Shown: positions 29,170 to 39,557, counted from the first letter of the whole stretch. The stretch is DNA of 63,898 bases, filler included, from an uncultured Methanosarcinales archaeon (GCA_964472345.1; 4 parts of 4 records of this genome joined end to end with filler, not necessarily neighbours in it); one strand, 5' to 3'. Numbers and translations: made by a program. The notes: generated by a model not told the origin, from the sequence alone.

Positions 29170-32100
29170 TCACAACACCCTACTGCAGTAATCCTGCTTG
29201 ATCGTCTTGAATCCTGCGACCATGGAAGCGATGTCCTGCGCGATGTCAGCGATGCCGAAGACCCATGCGGCGACGTTGCAGAATGCTGCACCCTTGCCCG
29301 TGGTCGGGCACCAGGCGGTGGAGCAGAGCCACGCAACCCCAACCCTCAGCAGCCCAACCGGGTCGGTAAGCGCGCTCTTCAGCGTGTTCAGGATGTGATC
29401 AAGCACGCCGACGAACGGGATGAGCTGGAAGACCTCGCCCCAGAAGTACTTGCACTCCTGGTAGTCGCGCAGCTCGCGGCAGGCCTCGATGGTCGCGACG
29501 CCCGCCTTGACCTCATTCTCGAGGCAGTCCGCATAGCGGCACTCTATCTGGCGCAGCTTCTCAAGGTTGTAGATGATGCCCGGAAGGCACAGCGTCGCCA
29601 CGGAGGTGACGATGCTGCTCTCGGCTCCGGGGAAAGAGCCGTCGGGGCCCGTGAAGCCGAGCGGCTTGTAGCCCTGCCATTTTCCTGCAATGTCAACGGC
29701 ATCACGCCCGAATTTCGCGACATCGCCGCCAAAGACCTCAAGCGTGGAGGTGCGGCAGCTTGCCACCTTGCAGAAGACGGTGAGCGCCTTCACGCCGTAC
29801 TCTTCCCCCCTGTCCCGCACCTCGCCGACCGCCTTGCAGTGGAAGACCGCGTACGCCGTGCCGAACACCGTGTTGCGCATGAGATCCGTCGCACTCTGCA
29901 GCCCGTTCATCACCGCCCTGAAGACGAATATGATAAACTTCAGGATACTGCAGAGCGCCTTGGCCCACTTCAAAATCGTGTTCAGCGTCCCGATGATCCC
30001 GTAGAAACCCGAGTCAGCGGCTTCCTTCGCCGAGTCTATCTCGTCCTCGATCGTCGAAAGCTCGCGGTCGAACGGCGTGGTGAAGAACCGCACGCTCACG
30101 TTGACGTGCTCCTCCTCCGGCTGCTGCACCACGCTTGTCCCGCGCCGGCTGAACACCCGCAGCGTGCAGTCATAGCTGAGCGGAGCGCCCGCGCCTTCAA
30201 ACGGCGCCAGCTCCAGCACGAGCTGCGGCGCCGTGCTCCCCGCGAAGTTGTTGATCGCAAACGCCCGCGCAAGCTTCTCGCTGTCGCCGGCGCAGGAAAC
30301 CAGCTGGGTGGAGAGGATCGTGACATCGGGGGAGCCGCTCTCAAGGGGAACGGTGCAGAACACCCGCTGGGAAGCGAGCTTCACCGTGCTCGCGTCAAGC
30401 CCCTCGGGCGAGCACCGCACCCCGCCCACCGACCAGAAATCCGGCTGCGTCTCCAGGTCCGTGCCGAGAATCTCGATGCTCACCGTCTTCTGCCCTATGT
30501 TGCCGGCGACGTCCTCCGCAGACAGCACGAGCCGCGCGTCCGGGACATACCCCGACTTGATGCGGTCGGTGACCAGCGTGCAGACCTGCCTCTCCGCCTG
30601 CCGCGTGCACGCCGCCTGCACGATGCTGCCGTTTGAGACGATGCCAGAGACGTCCGCGCGCCCTTTCACCGGCGTCGCATCGGCGACCTCGAAGGTGACA
30701 CGGAGCACGTCCCTGCTCTGGAAGAAGTCGCGCGGCTGCGCAGACTGCCCGGCGAGCGCAGTGATCGCCACGTCACCAATCACCGGCGCAGCGGTATCGA
30801 GCTCGATCTCCGCAGACGCAGGCTGCGCCGCATTCCCCACCGCATCCCGCGCCTCAACGAGCGCGATGGTGCCCGAGTGCTGCACATCAATCCCGGACCA
30901 GGAGCATCTCCACAGGCTGCCGGCAGGCGAGCAGTCATCCGCCTGGCGCGTCCCGTAGAGCGCGCTGATGCCCGACAGGTCCGCTTTCACGCGATCGTTC
31001 CGCATCCCGCTCTGGCTCTCCGCGAACACCGCGACGAGCGTGTTGTTCTGCGGCTTCGCGATGCTCCTGCCGGAAACCTGCTGCGCCGTGCCAAACGACT
31101 GCACCACCGGCGCGGTGCTGTCAACCGCGAGATTCACGCTCAGCGTCTTGGTCTGGCGGTTGTTGCCGTCGCTCGCGCTCACGATGACGGAAACCGACTG
31201 GCCTGTCTCGATCTGGCGCTCCGGCCAGCGGCAGGTAAAGGTATTGTTCACCACATCCGTCCTGGTGCAGCTCGCCGGCTCATTGTCCAGCCGCAGCTTC
31301 GCGCCCGTCGCGTTCACGAAAAGGCTGCTGCCCGCTTCCTCGACCTCGACGGACAATGGCGCTGAGACAAGCGATGAGGGGACAAAATTGAGGAAATCCC
31401 CGACGCGGAAGCTGCCCTCGCGGATGTCCGGCGCGATCCGGTCAAACACGAAGCTGTTCGAGCTGCTGCCCGCGGAATGGTTCAGCCTGTCGCTGGCAAC
31501 CACCTTCACCGTGCGCGGCCCGCCGCTCGCCCCGGAAAGCGACACTGTCTCGATGAGCGTGGCAGCGCCGCACGCGGCAGGGACCTTGCCTGCGAGCTCG
31601 CTCCCCTCAAGGCTTTTCAGCACTGCGCCGCTGGACGCGTCCCGCAGCTCGATCCGCTGCAGCCCCACGCAGCCTGCTGGCCTTTCCTGGACCGTGAATG
31701 CGACCTGCACCAGATCGCCAGCCTGCTGCGCAATCACGTTCGTGACGCCTGGGGCGCTCCCGTCAGCAGTGACCTGCGCAGCGACGCTTTCCGAGCCCCG
31801 CAGCCTGATGTCGAGAGGATAGGCCGCCTCAAAGATCCTCGTGTCCTCATAGTTGAACTCATAGGTGCACAGCTGCGTCCCTCCCGCAGCCGGCGAGCAG
31901 CGATCGAATGGAAACCCGTTCACCGTCAGCTGCGAGGGCGCGACCGAGCCGGTGTTCCGCGCGCTCACCTCGAGCGTCCACGTGTCGCCCGCAGCATCGA
32001 TGAAATTCGGCACGCGCGCATTTCCCGTGTTTCTCGTGACCGCCAAGTCAGCGAACACCTGCGCAGAATAAAACGGCAGGCTGAGCAGCAGGAAGAGCAG

Positions 32101-32196
32101 GAACGCAACACGTTTTCCGTAGCGGATATTCCGGCAATCGGCTCCGGTGAAAAAGTCCGGCGCCTCTTCGCTCGCGCTTTTCTGGACGGTTTTCAT
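29170..32196 (-). CDS. large exported protein: Ig-like repeats plus Cys-rich helical C-terminal domain
   Basis: Signal/TM segment, repeated D..AP and A.D..GN motifs, C-terminal LCLPGIIYNLEKLRQIEC..CKYFWGE. Confidence 0.85.
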   Translation of the reverse strand: MKTVQKSASEEAPDFFTGADCRNIRYGKRVAFLLFLLLSLPFYSAQVFADLAVTRNTGNARVPNFIDAAGDTWTLEVSARNTGSVAPSQLTVNGFPFDRCSPAAGGTQLCTYEFNYEDTRIFEAAYPLDIRLRGSESVAAQVTADGSAPGVTNVIAQQAGDLVQVAFTVQERPAGCVGLQRIELRDASSGAVLKSLEGSELAGKVPAACGAATLIETVSLSGASGGPRTVKVVASDRLNHSAGSSSNSFVFDRIAPDIREGSFRVGDFLNFVPSSLVSAPLSVEVEEAGSSLFVNATGAKLRLDNEPASCTRTDVVNNTFTCRWPERQIETGQSVSVIVSASDGNNRQTKTLSVNLAVDSTAPVVQSFGTAQQVSGRSIAKPQNNTLVAVFAESQSGMRNDRVKADLSGISALYGTRQADDCSPAGSLWRCSWSGIDVQHSGTIALVEARDAVGNAAQPASAEIELDTAAPVIGDVAITALAGQSAQPRDFFQSRDVLRVTFEVADATPVKGRADVSGIVSNGSIVQAACTRQAERQVCTLVTDRIKSGYVPDARLVLSAEDVAGNIGQKTVSIEILGTDLETQPDFWSVGGVRCSPEGLDASTVKLASQRVFCTVPLESGSPDVTILSTQLVSCAGDSEKLARAFAINNFAGSTAPQLVLELAPFEGAGAPLSYDCTLRVFSRRGTSVVQQPEEEHVNVSVRFFTTPFDRELSTIEDEIDSAKEAADSGFYGIIGTLNTILKWAKALCSILKFIIFVFRAVMNGLQSATDLMRNTVFGTAYAVFHCKAVGEVRDRGEEYGVKALTVFCKVASCRTSTLEVFGGDVAKFGRDAVDIAGKWQGYKPLGFTGPDGSFPGAESSIVTSVATLCLPGIIYNLEKLRQIECRYADCLENEVKAGVATIEACRELRDYQECKYFWGEVFQLIPFVGVLDHILNTLKSALTDPVGLLRVGVAWLCSTAWCPTTGKGAAFCNVAAWVFGIADIAQDIASMVAGFKTIKQDYCSRVL

Positions 32197-32389
32197 CTTG
32201 ATATCTGCCCTGTTTCCTTTCGTTGGAAAAGCGGCCCTCGTGCGGCTAAAGTGTACGCGAGGAAGACAAGCTCCCTCTTGGTTGCGCTCGGCAGAGCCTC
32301 GGCAACCGCCTGCCCGCTCAGACAGTTGTGGCGCCCGACTTTTTCACCTTCGCCACAGCGGCTTTTCGCACGAACATTAGCGGTGGTTC

Positions 32390-34504
32390 TCATGAGTACT
32401 CCGGCAGCAGCAACTGCTGGTACTGCTGCGACAATGCCCCCAGCTGCCCGAAAAGCTCAAAATCCTCGAGCTTCCTGCCCGCTTCGGGAACGTCCTGCAG
32501 CGCAAGCTCGAGCACGTAGAATGTGACCTGCTGCGCGGGATACAGCTCACCGGCAGAGATCTCAAGCGGCGCAGAGCTGTTCCAGTCCAGCCGCGTGTTG
32601 GGCACCTGATCAAGGATGAGCCCGGGAGGCGGAGGGACGTAAAACTCTTCTCCGGCAGAGCGCCGCAGTTCAGGAGGAATGACGACGCGCTCGTTCAGCA
32701 CGCCGTGCGCCGTGACCTCGTACCTGCCCGGCAGCAGGCGCAGCGTTGCCCCCTCCGTTCCCGTGACTGTAACACCAGTGGTGAACGGCTCGCCAGCTTC
32801 TATGCGCCGCAGGACGAGCGTCGCCTGCTCACCCTCCGCCAGCGGCTCGGCAGCGCCATGGAATGCCCAGCCGGAAACGCCCGGCGGAGCCAACGGCCCT
32901 GCGGCCGCGCCTTTCAGCAGCTTCTTCTTCTGGATGGCAACCGCAAGCTCCTTGTACCGCCAGAGATCCGCCACAACCGTCTCCTCCGTGCCGCGCGCCG
33001 TGTCAAGCGCAGCGAATGATGATTCGTAATCACGATGCGACACGTGCACGGCCCCTCCGAGCGCGACAGGGAACGGCGTGGTGAGCACGCCGCCGCTGGT
33101 CACGCCGAGCGTGCAGCGCTCGTCGCCGACGGCAAAGACCACCGCCGCATCCGGGAGCGCCTCCCGCGAATACGCGTCACGCGCAACCACAGTTATATTT
33201 CCGCTCGTGCGCTGGTTCAGGTTGCACAGCAGGCTCTCCTCAAACGCAGCGAGCGGCGCAGCCAGCACGCCCTCGCCCGCAGGCCGGTTGTCGCGGATGT
33301 TCGCCTCGAGCGCAAACGTGAAGAGCAGCCCCTGCCCGTCCATGGCATCCGGATCGCGCAGCGACACCCAGACAGGATAGCTGAGGTCATACACTGTCTT
33401 ATAGCGCTGCATCCCGAACGGATAGCCGAGCAAGGAGACGGAAACGCTCTGCGGCTCGATCACCCCGCCGCGCGCGTTCGTGTGCAGGTAGGGCTCCCAG
33501 AAATCGAGATAATTGAAACGAACCTCAAGGTCCTGCCCTCCGGAAAGCGGCAGAATCATGTTGTCGTAGATGCGCTGCTTCGTCTCGCGGTACTTCGCGT
33601 CCGCAGGATAGGAATACTCGTAGCGGTTCGCCGCATCCTGATACCTCAGCAGGGGGACGTAATTGCCCAGCAGCAGCTTCACGTCGCTCTTCACGTCAGC
33701 CTCCTGCCAGAACACGCTGCTGGCGAAGCTGAACGTGCTCGCGGTCATGGGCGGCAGCTTCTCTCCCGTCGTGTCAGAGAAGAGGGTGAGCAGGCTGAGC
33801 GTGTTCTGCTCGAGGAATGAATAGTTCTGCTGCGCAGCCGTGATCTGCGCCGCAATCCCGTACAGGTGGAGAAGGTCAGCGGGCAGCTCAACGAAAAAGT
33901 GCTGCAGCGTGCTTTGCGCGTCACCTTTCGCCGCCTGCACCTGCTTCTCGAGCGCAAACCGCACCGCCCCCGGAACGATCGAGACTGCTGCTGTCGCGGG
34001 CTGCTCAGCGATCACAAACCCCTGCCGGACAAACACGTCGTACCGGTTGAGGCAGCGCGGAAGCTCCTGCTCGGCCCAGCGCCTGAGATCGTTCTCCATC
34101 TGTGGGATGGTGGGGCGGAACGATGCGATGGTGATTGCATTGGCTGTGTTGGGGGCCTTATTGTAATACCAGTACGGGACCTGCAGCTCCGAGCCGGGAA
34201 AGCTGACACCATCCGCGTCCGTCGGGTCCTGCTCGTTGAAGAACAGCCCATGCCACCTCTCCGGGAAGATGTAGCCTCCTGACTGCCCGAGCCGGTGCAG
34301 CCCCTGCTCCGCGACCACCTTGAGGCAGTCTTCCGTGAAGAGCTTGATCGGGTTGAACTCCAGCGGGATGTCCTCAGCGACCGGCACGGCTGCGCGCAGC
34401 GGCTGCTCCTTCACCGTCCGGGTAAAGAAAATGAGAACCCCAATAAGGAGGAGAAGCACGACGCCAACGATGATAAAGACCGTGACCTGACCTCTTTTCC
34501 GCAT
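32390..34504 (-). CDS. large protein with class III (pilin-type) signal peptide
   Basis: MRKRGQVTVFIIVGVVLLLLIG. Confidence 0.85.
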   Translation of the reverse strand: MRKRGQVTVFIIVGVVLLLLIGVLIFFTRTVKEQPLRAAVPVAEDIPLEFNPIKLFTEDCLKVVAEQGLHRLGQSGGYIFPERWHGLFFNEQDPTDADGVSFPGSELQVPYWYYNKAPNTANAITIASFRPTIPQMENDLRRWAEQELPRCLNRYDVFVRQGFVIAEQPATAAVSIVPGAVRFALEKQVQAAKGDAQSTLQHFFVELPADLLHLYGIAAQITAAQQNYSFLEQNTLSLLTLFSDTTGEKLPPMTASTFSFASSVFWQEADVKSDVKLLLGNYVPLLRYQDAANRYEYSYPADAKYRETKQRIYDNMILPLSGGQDLEVRFNYLDFWEPYLHTNARGGVIEPQSVSVSLLGYPFGMQRYKTVYDLSYPVWVSLRDPDAMDGQGLLFTFALEANIRDNRPAGEGVLAAPLAAFEESLLCNLNQRTSGNITVVARDAYSREALPDAAVVFAVGDERCTLGVTSGGVLTTPFPVALGGAVHVSHRDYESSFAALDTARGTEETVVADLWRYKELAVAIQKKKLLKGAAAGPLAPPGVSGWAFHGAAEPLAEGEQATLVLRRIEAGEPFTTGVTVTGTEGATLRLLPGRYEVTAHGVLNERVVIPPELRRSAGEEFYVPPPPGLILDQVPNTRLDWNSSAPLEISAGELYPAQQVTFYVLELALQDVPEAGRKLEDFELFGQLGALSQQYQQLLLPEYS

Positions 34505-34649
34505 GCATACCCCTCTCGTAAAGAATAAGGCGGAGGAAGACGGGGTGTTTTATAAATGTCACGATTTCCAGCGCGCCAACCCGGCGCAGGCGACACCGCA
34601 GACGGTTTTGGCGGGATTGTTTCCCGGGGGAGGCACCGGCGATATGGCT

Positions 34650-35164
34650 TTAAAGCTTCAACAGCCTCTTGAGCATGCTATCAATCTCTTTTGACGCCGA
34701 ACCTTCGATCTCCCCAACCTTCCTCAGGAGCCGCTTCCTATCAATAGCACGCACCTGAAAGACAAGGGCGATGGACGGCGTAAGCAAGCCGTTGCGTGCG
34801 GTTGGCCTTACTTCAAGCGTAAAAGGAAACCGCAACGCCTGCACATTCGAGGTTAGGGGGATGGGCGCCATTGAAAAGTTCCCGTTCGCTACGCGCGAGC
34901 TGCGTGTCCTCCGGACAGGATTCGCGCTAGCGCCTGGCGGGCGTCCCGCTCACGCCGGCACGGAGAACGTGCAGCGTCCTCCTGGGTGTCGTGCCGAGCC
35001 CGACACGCACACTGGCCATGTTGGCGAACTTTTCAATGGCACCGGGGGATGATGATGGCGACGTTTGCCGGCGTCTCGGCAAGAATGACCGACGGCCTTG
35101 TCCCAGCCTGCTCGTGCCCATTCGCCGAAGGAATCTCAACAAGCCAAATCTCCCCTTTGTTCAT
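34650..35164 (-). pseudogene. mazF: PemK/MazF toxin interrupted by a MITE
   Basis: MNKGEIWLVEIPSANGHEQAGTRPSVIL..IIIP | LTSNVQ..VFQVRAIDRKRL; removing the MITE and one TSD restores a 108-aa frame. Confidence 0.9.
34864..35043. mobile_element. MITE family A, copy 2
   Basis: TIR GGCGCCATTGAAAAGTTC / GAACTTTTCAATGGCACC (17/18); 8-bp TSD GGGGGATG at 34856-34863 and 35044-35051. Confidence 0.92.
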
Positions 35165-35364
35165 AGTGACCGCTCAAAAGAACGAAGTGCTTCATCGCTA
35201 AGCGCATCCCACTCTTTTATCTCTTGCTTCAGGTCAAGATACCTGCTCAGCGAATCAAGATACACAACGAGCGCCCGATCTACCAACTGCCTCTTTTCAA
35301 TGCCTAACAGCTTCGACGCTGTTGTGAGCTTGTCGGAAACTTCCTTGGGAACTTCAACTTGCAT
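35161..35364 (-). CDS. RHH-like antitoxin
   Basis: 67 aa, EWDALSDEAL tail, ATGA overlap with the toxin. Confidence 0.8.
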   Translation of the reverse strand: MQVEVPKEVSDKLTTASKLLGIEKRQLVDRALVVYLDSLSRYLDLKQEIKEWDALSDEALRSFERSL

Positions 35365-35518
35365 GATTTGGGAGGAGGGCGGGTGATTTATATAGTTAAC
35401 GCGGGAATCTTGTCTTGTTCGCTTTGAGAGACTGCAAGGAGCAACAGCATCAACACGGCGCCTGCCGGATGCCGCCGGATGAACAAACCTTTTTTAAAGC
35501 AGCCCCTCTTCCCTTCTC

Positions 35519-37682
35519 TTGCATAAAGAGGAATCGGAATTGGCATCGAAGCCGAAGCTGCAGCTGGCGATAGCGCTTCTTGCGGCAGCCATCGTTCTCG
35601 CATTCGCCGCATACGTGGCGCAGCAGCCGCTCACGCCGACCGGGCTGACCGTCCATGAGCCTGAGCTCGGCATCCAGGCGACGAACGTCACCGGCTGCCA
35701 GGCAATTACCACAAGCGGCGACTACGAGCTGAATGCCTCGGTAAGCAATGAAAGCACCTGCTTCAACATTCTGGCAGACAATGTCGCGCTGAACTGCAAC
35801 GGCTACGAGATCAACTACGGGAACCAGAGCGTGGGCTCCGCCATCATGGCCAATGGAAGGAGCAACCTCACCATCAGGAACTGCCTCATCAAGGACAGCA
35901 ACGAGTCCGACACCGACAGCACTGCCATCAACCTCACCAGCGTCACGCTGAGCCGGATCGTGAACAACACGATTCAGACGAACGGGACGGCCAACGGCGT
36001 CGGCATCTTCTTCAATAACAATGCCACCAACAACACCATTGCCAACAACACCATCCGGACGCAGGGCTCGGCCAACTTAAACCGGGGGATTGCGCTTGGT
36101 TTTTCTTCTTATGATAACCTTGTTTATAACAACAATATCTCCACGAACGGGACGGCGAACAATGTCGGTATTCAAAGCGGCTTTTTCAGCGGCAGGAACA
36201 CCATCCGGGGCAACACCATCTTTGCCAGCGGCACCACGACCAGCAACGTTGGCATTGTCCTCACCAAGGGGAACCAGAACGACACCATTGCCGGCAATTT
36301 CATTGCGACGAACGGGAGCTCGAGCAACTCCGGAATTTCCTTACAGAACGAAAACGTTTCAGGTCACATGATTGCGAACAACACCATCGTCGCGCGGGGG
36401 AGCACCACTTCCAACATAGGTATCATCCTCAATGCGTGCGCAGCAGGGGTGAGTGGTAATCATTTGATTGGCAACAGCATCACCACCAACGGCACCAGCG
36501 CCAACCACGGCATCAGCCTCAACCCCGCGTGTGTCAACACCACGGTCGCGCACAACACCATCAATATCGGAGGCACCGCAGACGGCAACTTTGGGATCAA
36601 CCTTGACTCAGGACCCAACAATATCACCAACAACACCATCATGACAAATGGCACGCTCAACAACCATGGCATCGAGATTCCAACGGTGAGCGGCACGGAC
36701 AGGCTTGAGGGAAACAACATCACGACGCTGGGCAACGGCAGCTACGTGATTCGCATCACGGCAACGGTGGGAGTGCAGATCAACAACACCATCTTCTCGA
36801 CGCCGGTGGAATGGCTCTTTACCGACAGCACGTCAAGCGCGAACATCACGAACACCACCTTCGCCACGAGCAACGGCAGCATCCGCTTTCCCGAAACGAT
36901 CGAGATCAACGCCTCGTTCAATGTCACGCAGGGCGTCCTGAACATCTCGTTCAACCGAACCTTCGTGAACAGCAGCAACCTGACATTCCTCAACCGGAGC
37001 GCGGTGCTCACCCTCACCGGCCTGGGCGACAGGAGCGATCCGATTCCCGCGGCTGAGTTTGGAGATGGCGCCGTGGTGAACTGCACGCAGGGAACGGCGC
37101 CGCAGTGCGGTGAGCTGAGCTTCTCCGACGGCATATTTGTCTTCAATGTCACCCACTTCACCTCCTATGCGTCGATCGAGAACGACTCGGACGCGCCGAT
37201 CCTCAACATCACCTCGCCGGTGAATGACACGCTGTTCAACGCTGCATTCAACATCACGGAGAACATCACCGACGCCAGCCTGGATTATGTGATTTATGAG
37301 GTCCGCAACGCGAGCGGCAACGTTTCGCAGTGGATCAACCAGACGAACCAGACCGGCATTAAATGGACGAGCCAGATCAACATCAGCCTGCTCGCGGACG
37401 GCAATTACACGGTCCTGAAGAACGCGACGGATCTTGCCGGGAACACGCAGACTGTGGTGCGCGCCTTCCGCACCGATCAGAGCGCACCGGGCATCTCCAA
37501 CGAGCAGGCGGTCAACATCGGCACCACCTCTGCCGCGCTCGAGGTGACGAGCAATGAGGCGGCGACGTGCAAGTTTGACACGACCGACGCAAGCTATGAA
37601 AGCCTCACCAACACCTTCGACACCACGGGCGGCACCAGCCACAGCACGCAGGTCGCCGGCCTCAGCGCAGGCACAACCTATG
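35519..37682 (+). CDS. surface glycoprotein with parallel beta-helix repeats (5' part)
   Basis: Signal plus PTGLTV motif, repeated NNTI.TNGT..N.GI units, many N-x-S/T sequons; truncated by the gap. Confidence 0.9.
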
Positions 37683-37782
37683 NNNNNNNNNNNNNNNNNN
37701 NNNNNNNNNNNNNNNNNNNNNNNNNNTTAATTAATTAANNNNNNNNNNNNNNNNNNNNNNNNNNNNNNNNNNNNNNNNNNNN
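37683..37782. other. artificial contig linker
   Basis: N-run with TTAATTAATTAA. Confidence 0.99.
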
Positions 37783-37999
37783 GAGAAGTCACGGCCGAGC
37801 AGGCGGAGCCACGGAAGGCTGCAGTGACCGTTTCCTTCAAGGGACCGTTCCGCTCATCACCGCGCGTATGCGCATCGATGCGCAGCGGACTCACCGCGAC
37901 TGTCTCTTCATGATGAACCTGCTCACGATCAACGGGCATGATGAGCCGCCTGAAAACCCGCCAAAAGATTTCCTTATAGAAAAAGAGTGAACAACTGCC

Positions 38000-39277
38000 A
38001 TGATTGACATTGACCTCATCCGGAGCAGCCCCGCACTGGTCATCAAGGACCTCGAGCGGCGGCGCATGCCTGAGCTTGTCCCGGCCGTGCACGAGCTCCG
38101 CGCGAAGGACGCCAAATGGCGCACGCTGAAGTCGGAGGTCGAAAAGCTCCGCGCCGGGCGCAACAAGCTCTCGCAGCAGGTGAATGAAGCGAAGAAGGCC
38201 GGGCGTGACGTTCAGGCGCTGCTTGCGGAAGCGAAGGAGATCCCTTCCCGGATCGAGAAGAAAGAGCGCACGCTCGCGCGGCTGCAGGCATTCATCGGGC
38301 GCACGCTGCTGCAGCTGCCCAATATGCTGGACGGCACGGTGCCGCTCGGCGAGGTGGACGGCGGCAACGTCGAGGTGCGCACATGGGGCAGGCTCCCCAA
38401 GTTCTCCTTTCCCGCAAAGAACCACATCGAGCTGTGCGAGTCGCTTGACCTTGCGGATTTCGAGCGCAGCAGCAGGATCGCGGGCAAAGGATTTTACTTC
38501 CTGAAGAACGAGCTGGTGCTGCTCGAGCAGGCGCTTGTCCGGTTCGCGCTCGACGTCCTGCGGAAGAAAGGCTTCACCCTGACGAGCCCGCCGCTGCTCC
38601 TGCGCCGAGAGCCATACCGGGGAGTAACCGACCTTGCGGCGTTTGAGGAGGTCATGTACAAGGTCCACGAGCAGGACGCGTACCTGATCGCGACATCCGA
38701 GCATCCGCTCGTCGCGCAGTTCATGGGCGAGATCCTCGAGGAGAAGCAGCTGCCGATCAGGCTCGCGGGCGTGAGCGCATGCTTCCGGAAGGAGGCGGGC
38801 AGGCACAGCGTGGACGAGAAGGGCTTGTTCCGCGTCCACCAGTTCACCAAGGTCGAGCAGGTTGTCGTCTGCAAGCCTGACGAGAGCGGCAAGTGGCATG
38901 AGGAGCTGCTGGCAAACGCGGAAGAGATCTTCCAGGCGCTCGGGCTGCCGTACCGCGTGATGCTGCTCTCCTCGGCAGACACCGGCAGGGTGATGGCAAA
39001 GACCTATGACATCGAGGTCTGGATGCCGCACCAGCAGCAGTACCGCGAGGCGGTGAGCTGCAGCACCGCAACGGACTACCAGGCGCGGCGGCTCGGCATC
39101 AGGTATCGCGCAGGCAGCGAGAACAGGCTGGTGCACACGCTGAACAGCACCGCAGTCGCCACCACCAGGGCCCTTGTCGCGATCCTGGAAAACGGCCAGC
39201 AGAAGGACGGGAGCGTGAAGGTTCCTGAGGTGCTGGTGCCCTCTATGGGCGGGATGAAGGTGATTAAGAAGAAATGA
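38000..39277 (+). CDS. serS: serine--tRNA ligase
   Basis: YLIATSEHPL, CFRKEAG, GLFRVHQFTKVEQ, VHTLNST. Confidence 0.98.
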   Translation: MIDIDLIRSSPALVIKDLERRRMPELVPAVHELRAKDAKWRTLKSEVEKLRAGRNKLSQQVNEAKKAGRDVQALLAEAKEIPSRIEKKERTLARLQAFIGRTLLQLPNMLDGTVPLGEVDGGNVEVRTWGRLPKFSFPAKNHIELCESLDLADFERSSRIAGKGFYFLKNELVLLEQALVRFALDVLRKKGFTLTSPPLLLRREPYRGVTDLAAFEEVMYKVHEQDAYLIATSEHPLVAQFMGEILEEKQLPIRLAGVSACFRKEAGRHSVDEKGLFRVHQFTKVEQVVVCKPDESGKWHEELLANAEEIFQALGLPYRVMLLSSADTGRVMAKTYDIEVWMPHQQQYREAVSCSTATDYQARRLGIRYRAGSENRLVHTLNSTAVATTRALVAILENGQQKDGSVKVPEVLVPSMGGMKVIKKK

Positions 39278-39317
39278 ATAGTAAAACTTATATACTAGTA
39301 TTACTTTAATACTTTCT

Positions 39318-39557
39318 ATGCTCAAAACCATCAAGATGGTGGATGATGCGACGTGGGCCCGCTTTAAAGGCCTTGCGGCGAGGAAAGGGACGACGATGGG
39401 TGCCCTCCTCAGGACGATGGTAAGCGAGTACGAGCAAAGCTCAAATGACTTCTGGGAAACCATTCTTGAAGGAGAAAAAATCCTTTCTGAGGGCGAAGCT
39501 GCGGGCATGAAAAAGGCCGTTGTCCGTCTCAGGAAAGACTATGGGTTCCGCGCATGA
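39318..39557 (+). CDS. RHH-type antitoxin (VapB-like)
   Basis: KTIKMVDDATWARFK; ATGA overlap with the PIN gene. Confidence 0.8.
   Translation: MLKTIKMVDDATWARFKGLAARKGTTMGALLRTMVSEYEQSSNDFWETILEGEKILSEGEAAGMKKAVVRLRKDYGFRA

Noticed and set aside
35900..36800. Recurrent AACAACACCATC-like repeats as a CRISPR array or DGR
   Set aside because: They are degenerate codons of beta-helix repeats. There is no fixed repeat-spacer period and no reverse transcriptase.
37727..39508. 593-aa minus-strand ORF and other long antisense ORFs (e.g. 8706-9914, 29395-30636, 56117-57529)
   Set aside because: Shadows of GC-rich genes on the opposite strand, with no protein motifs.
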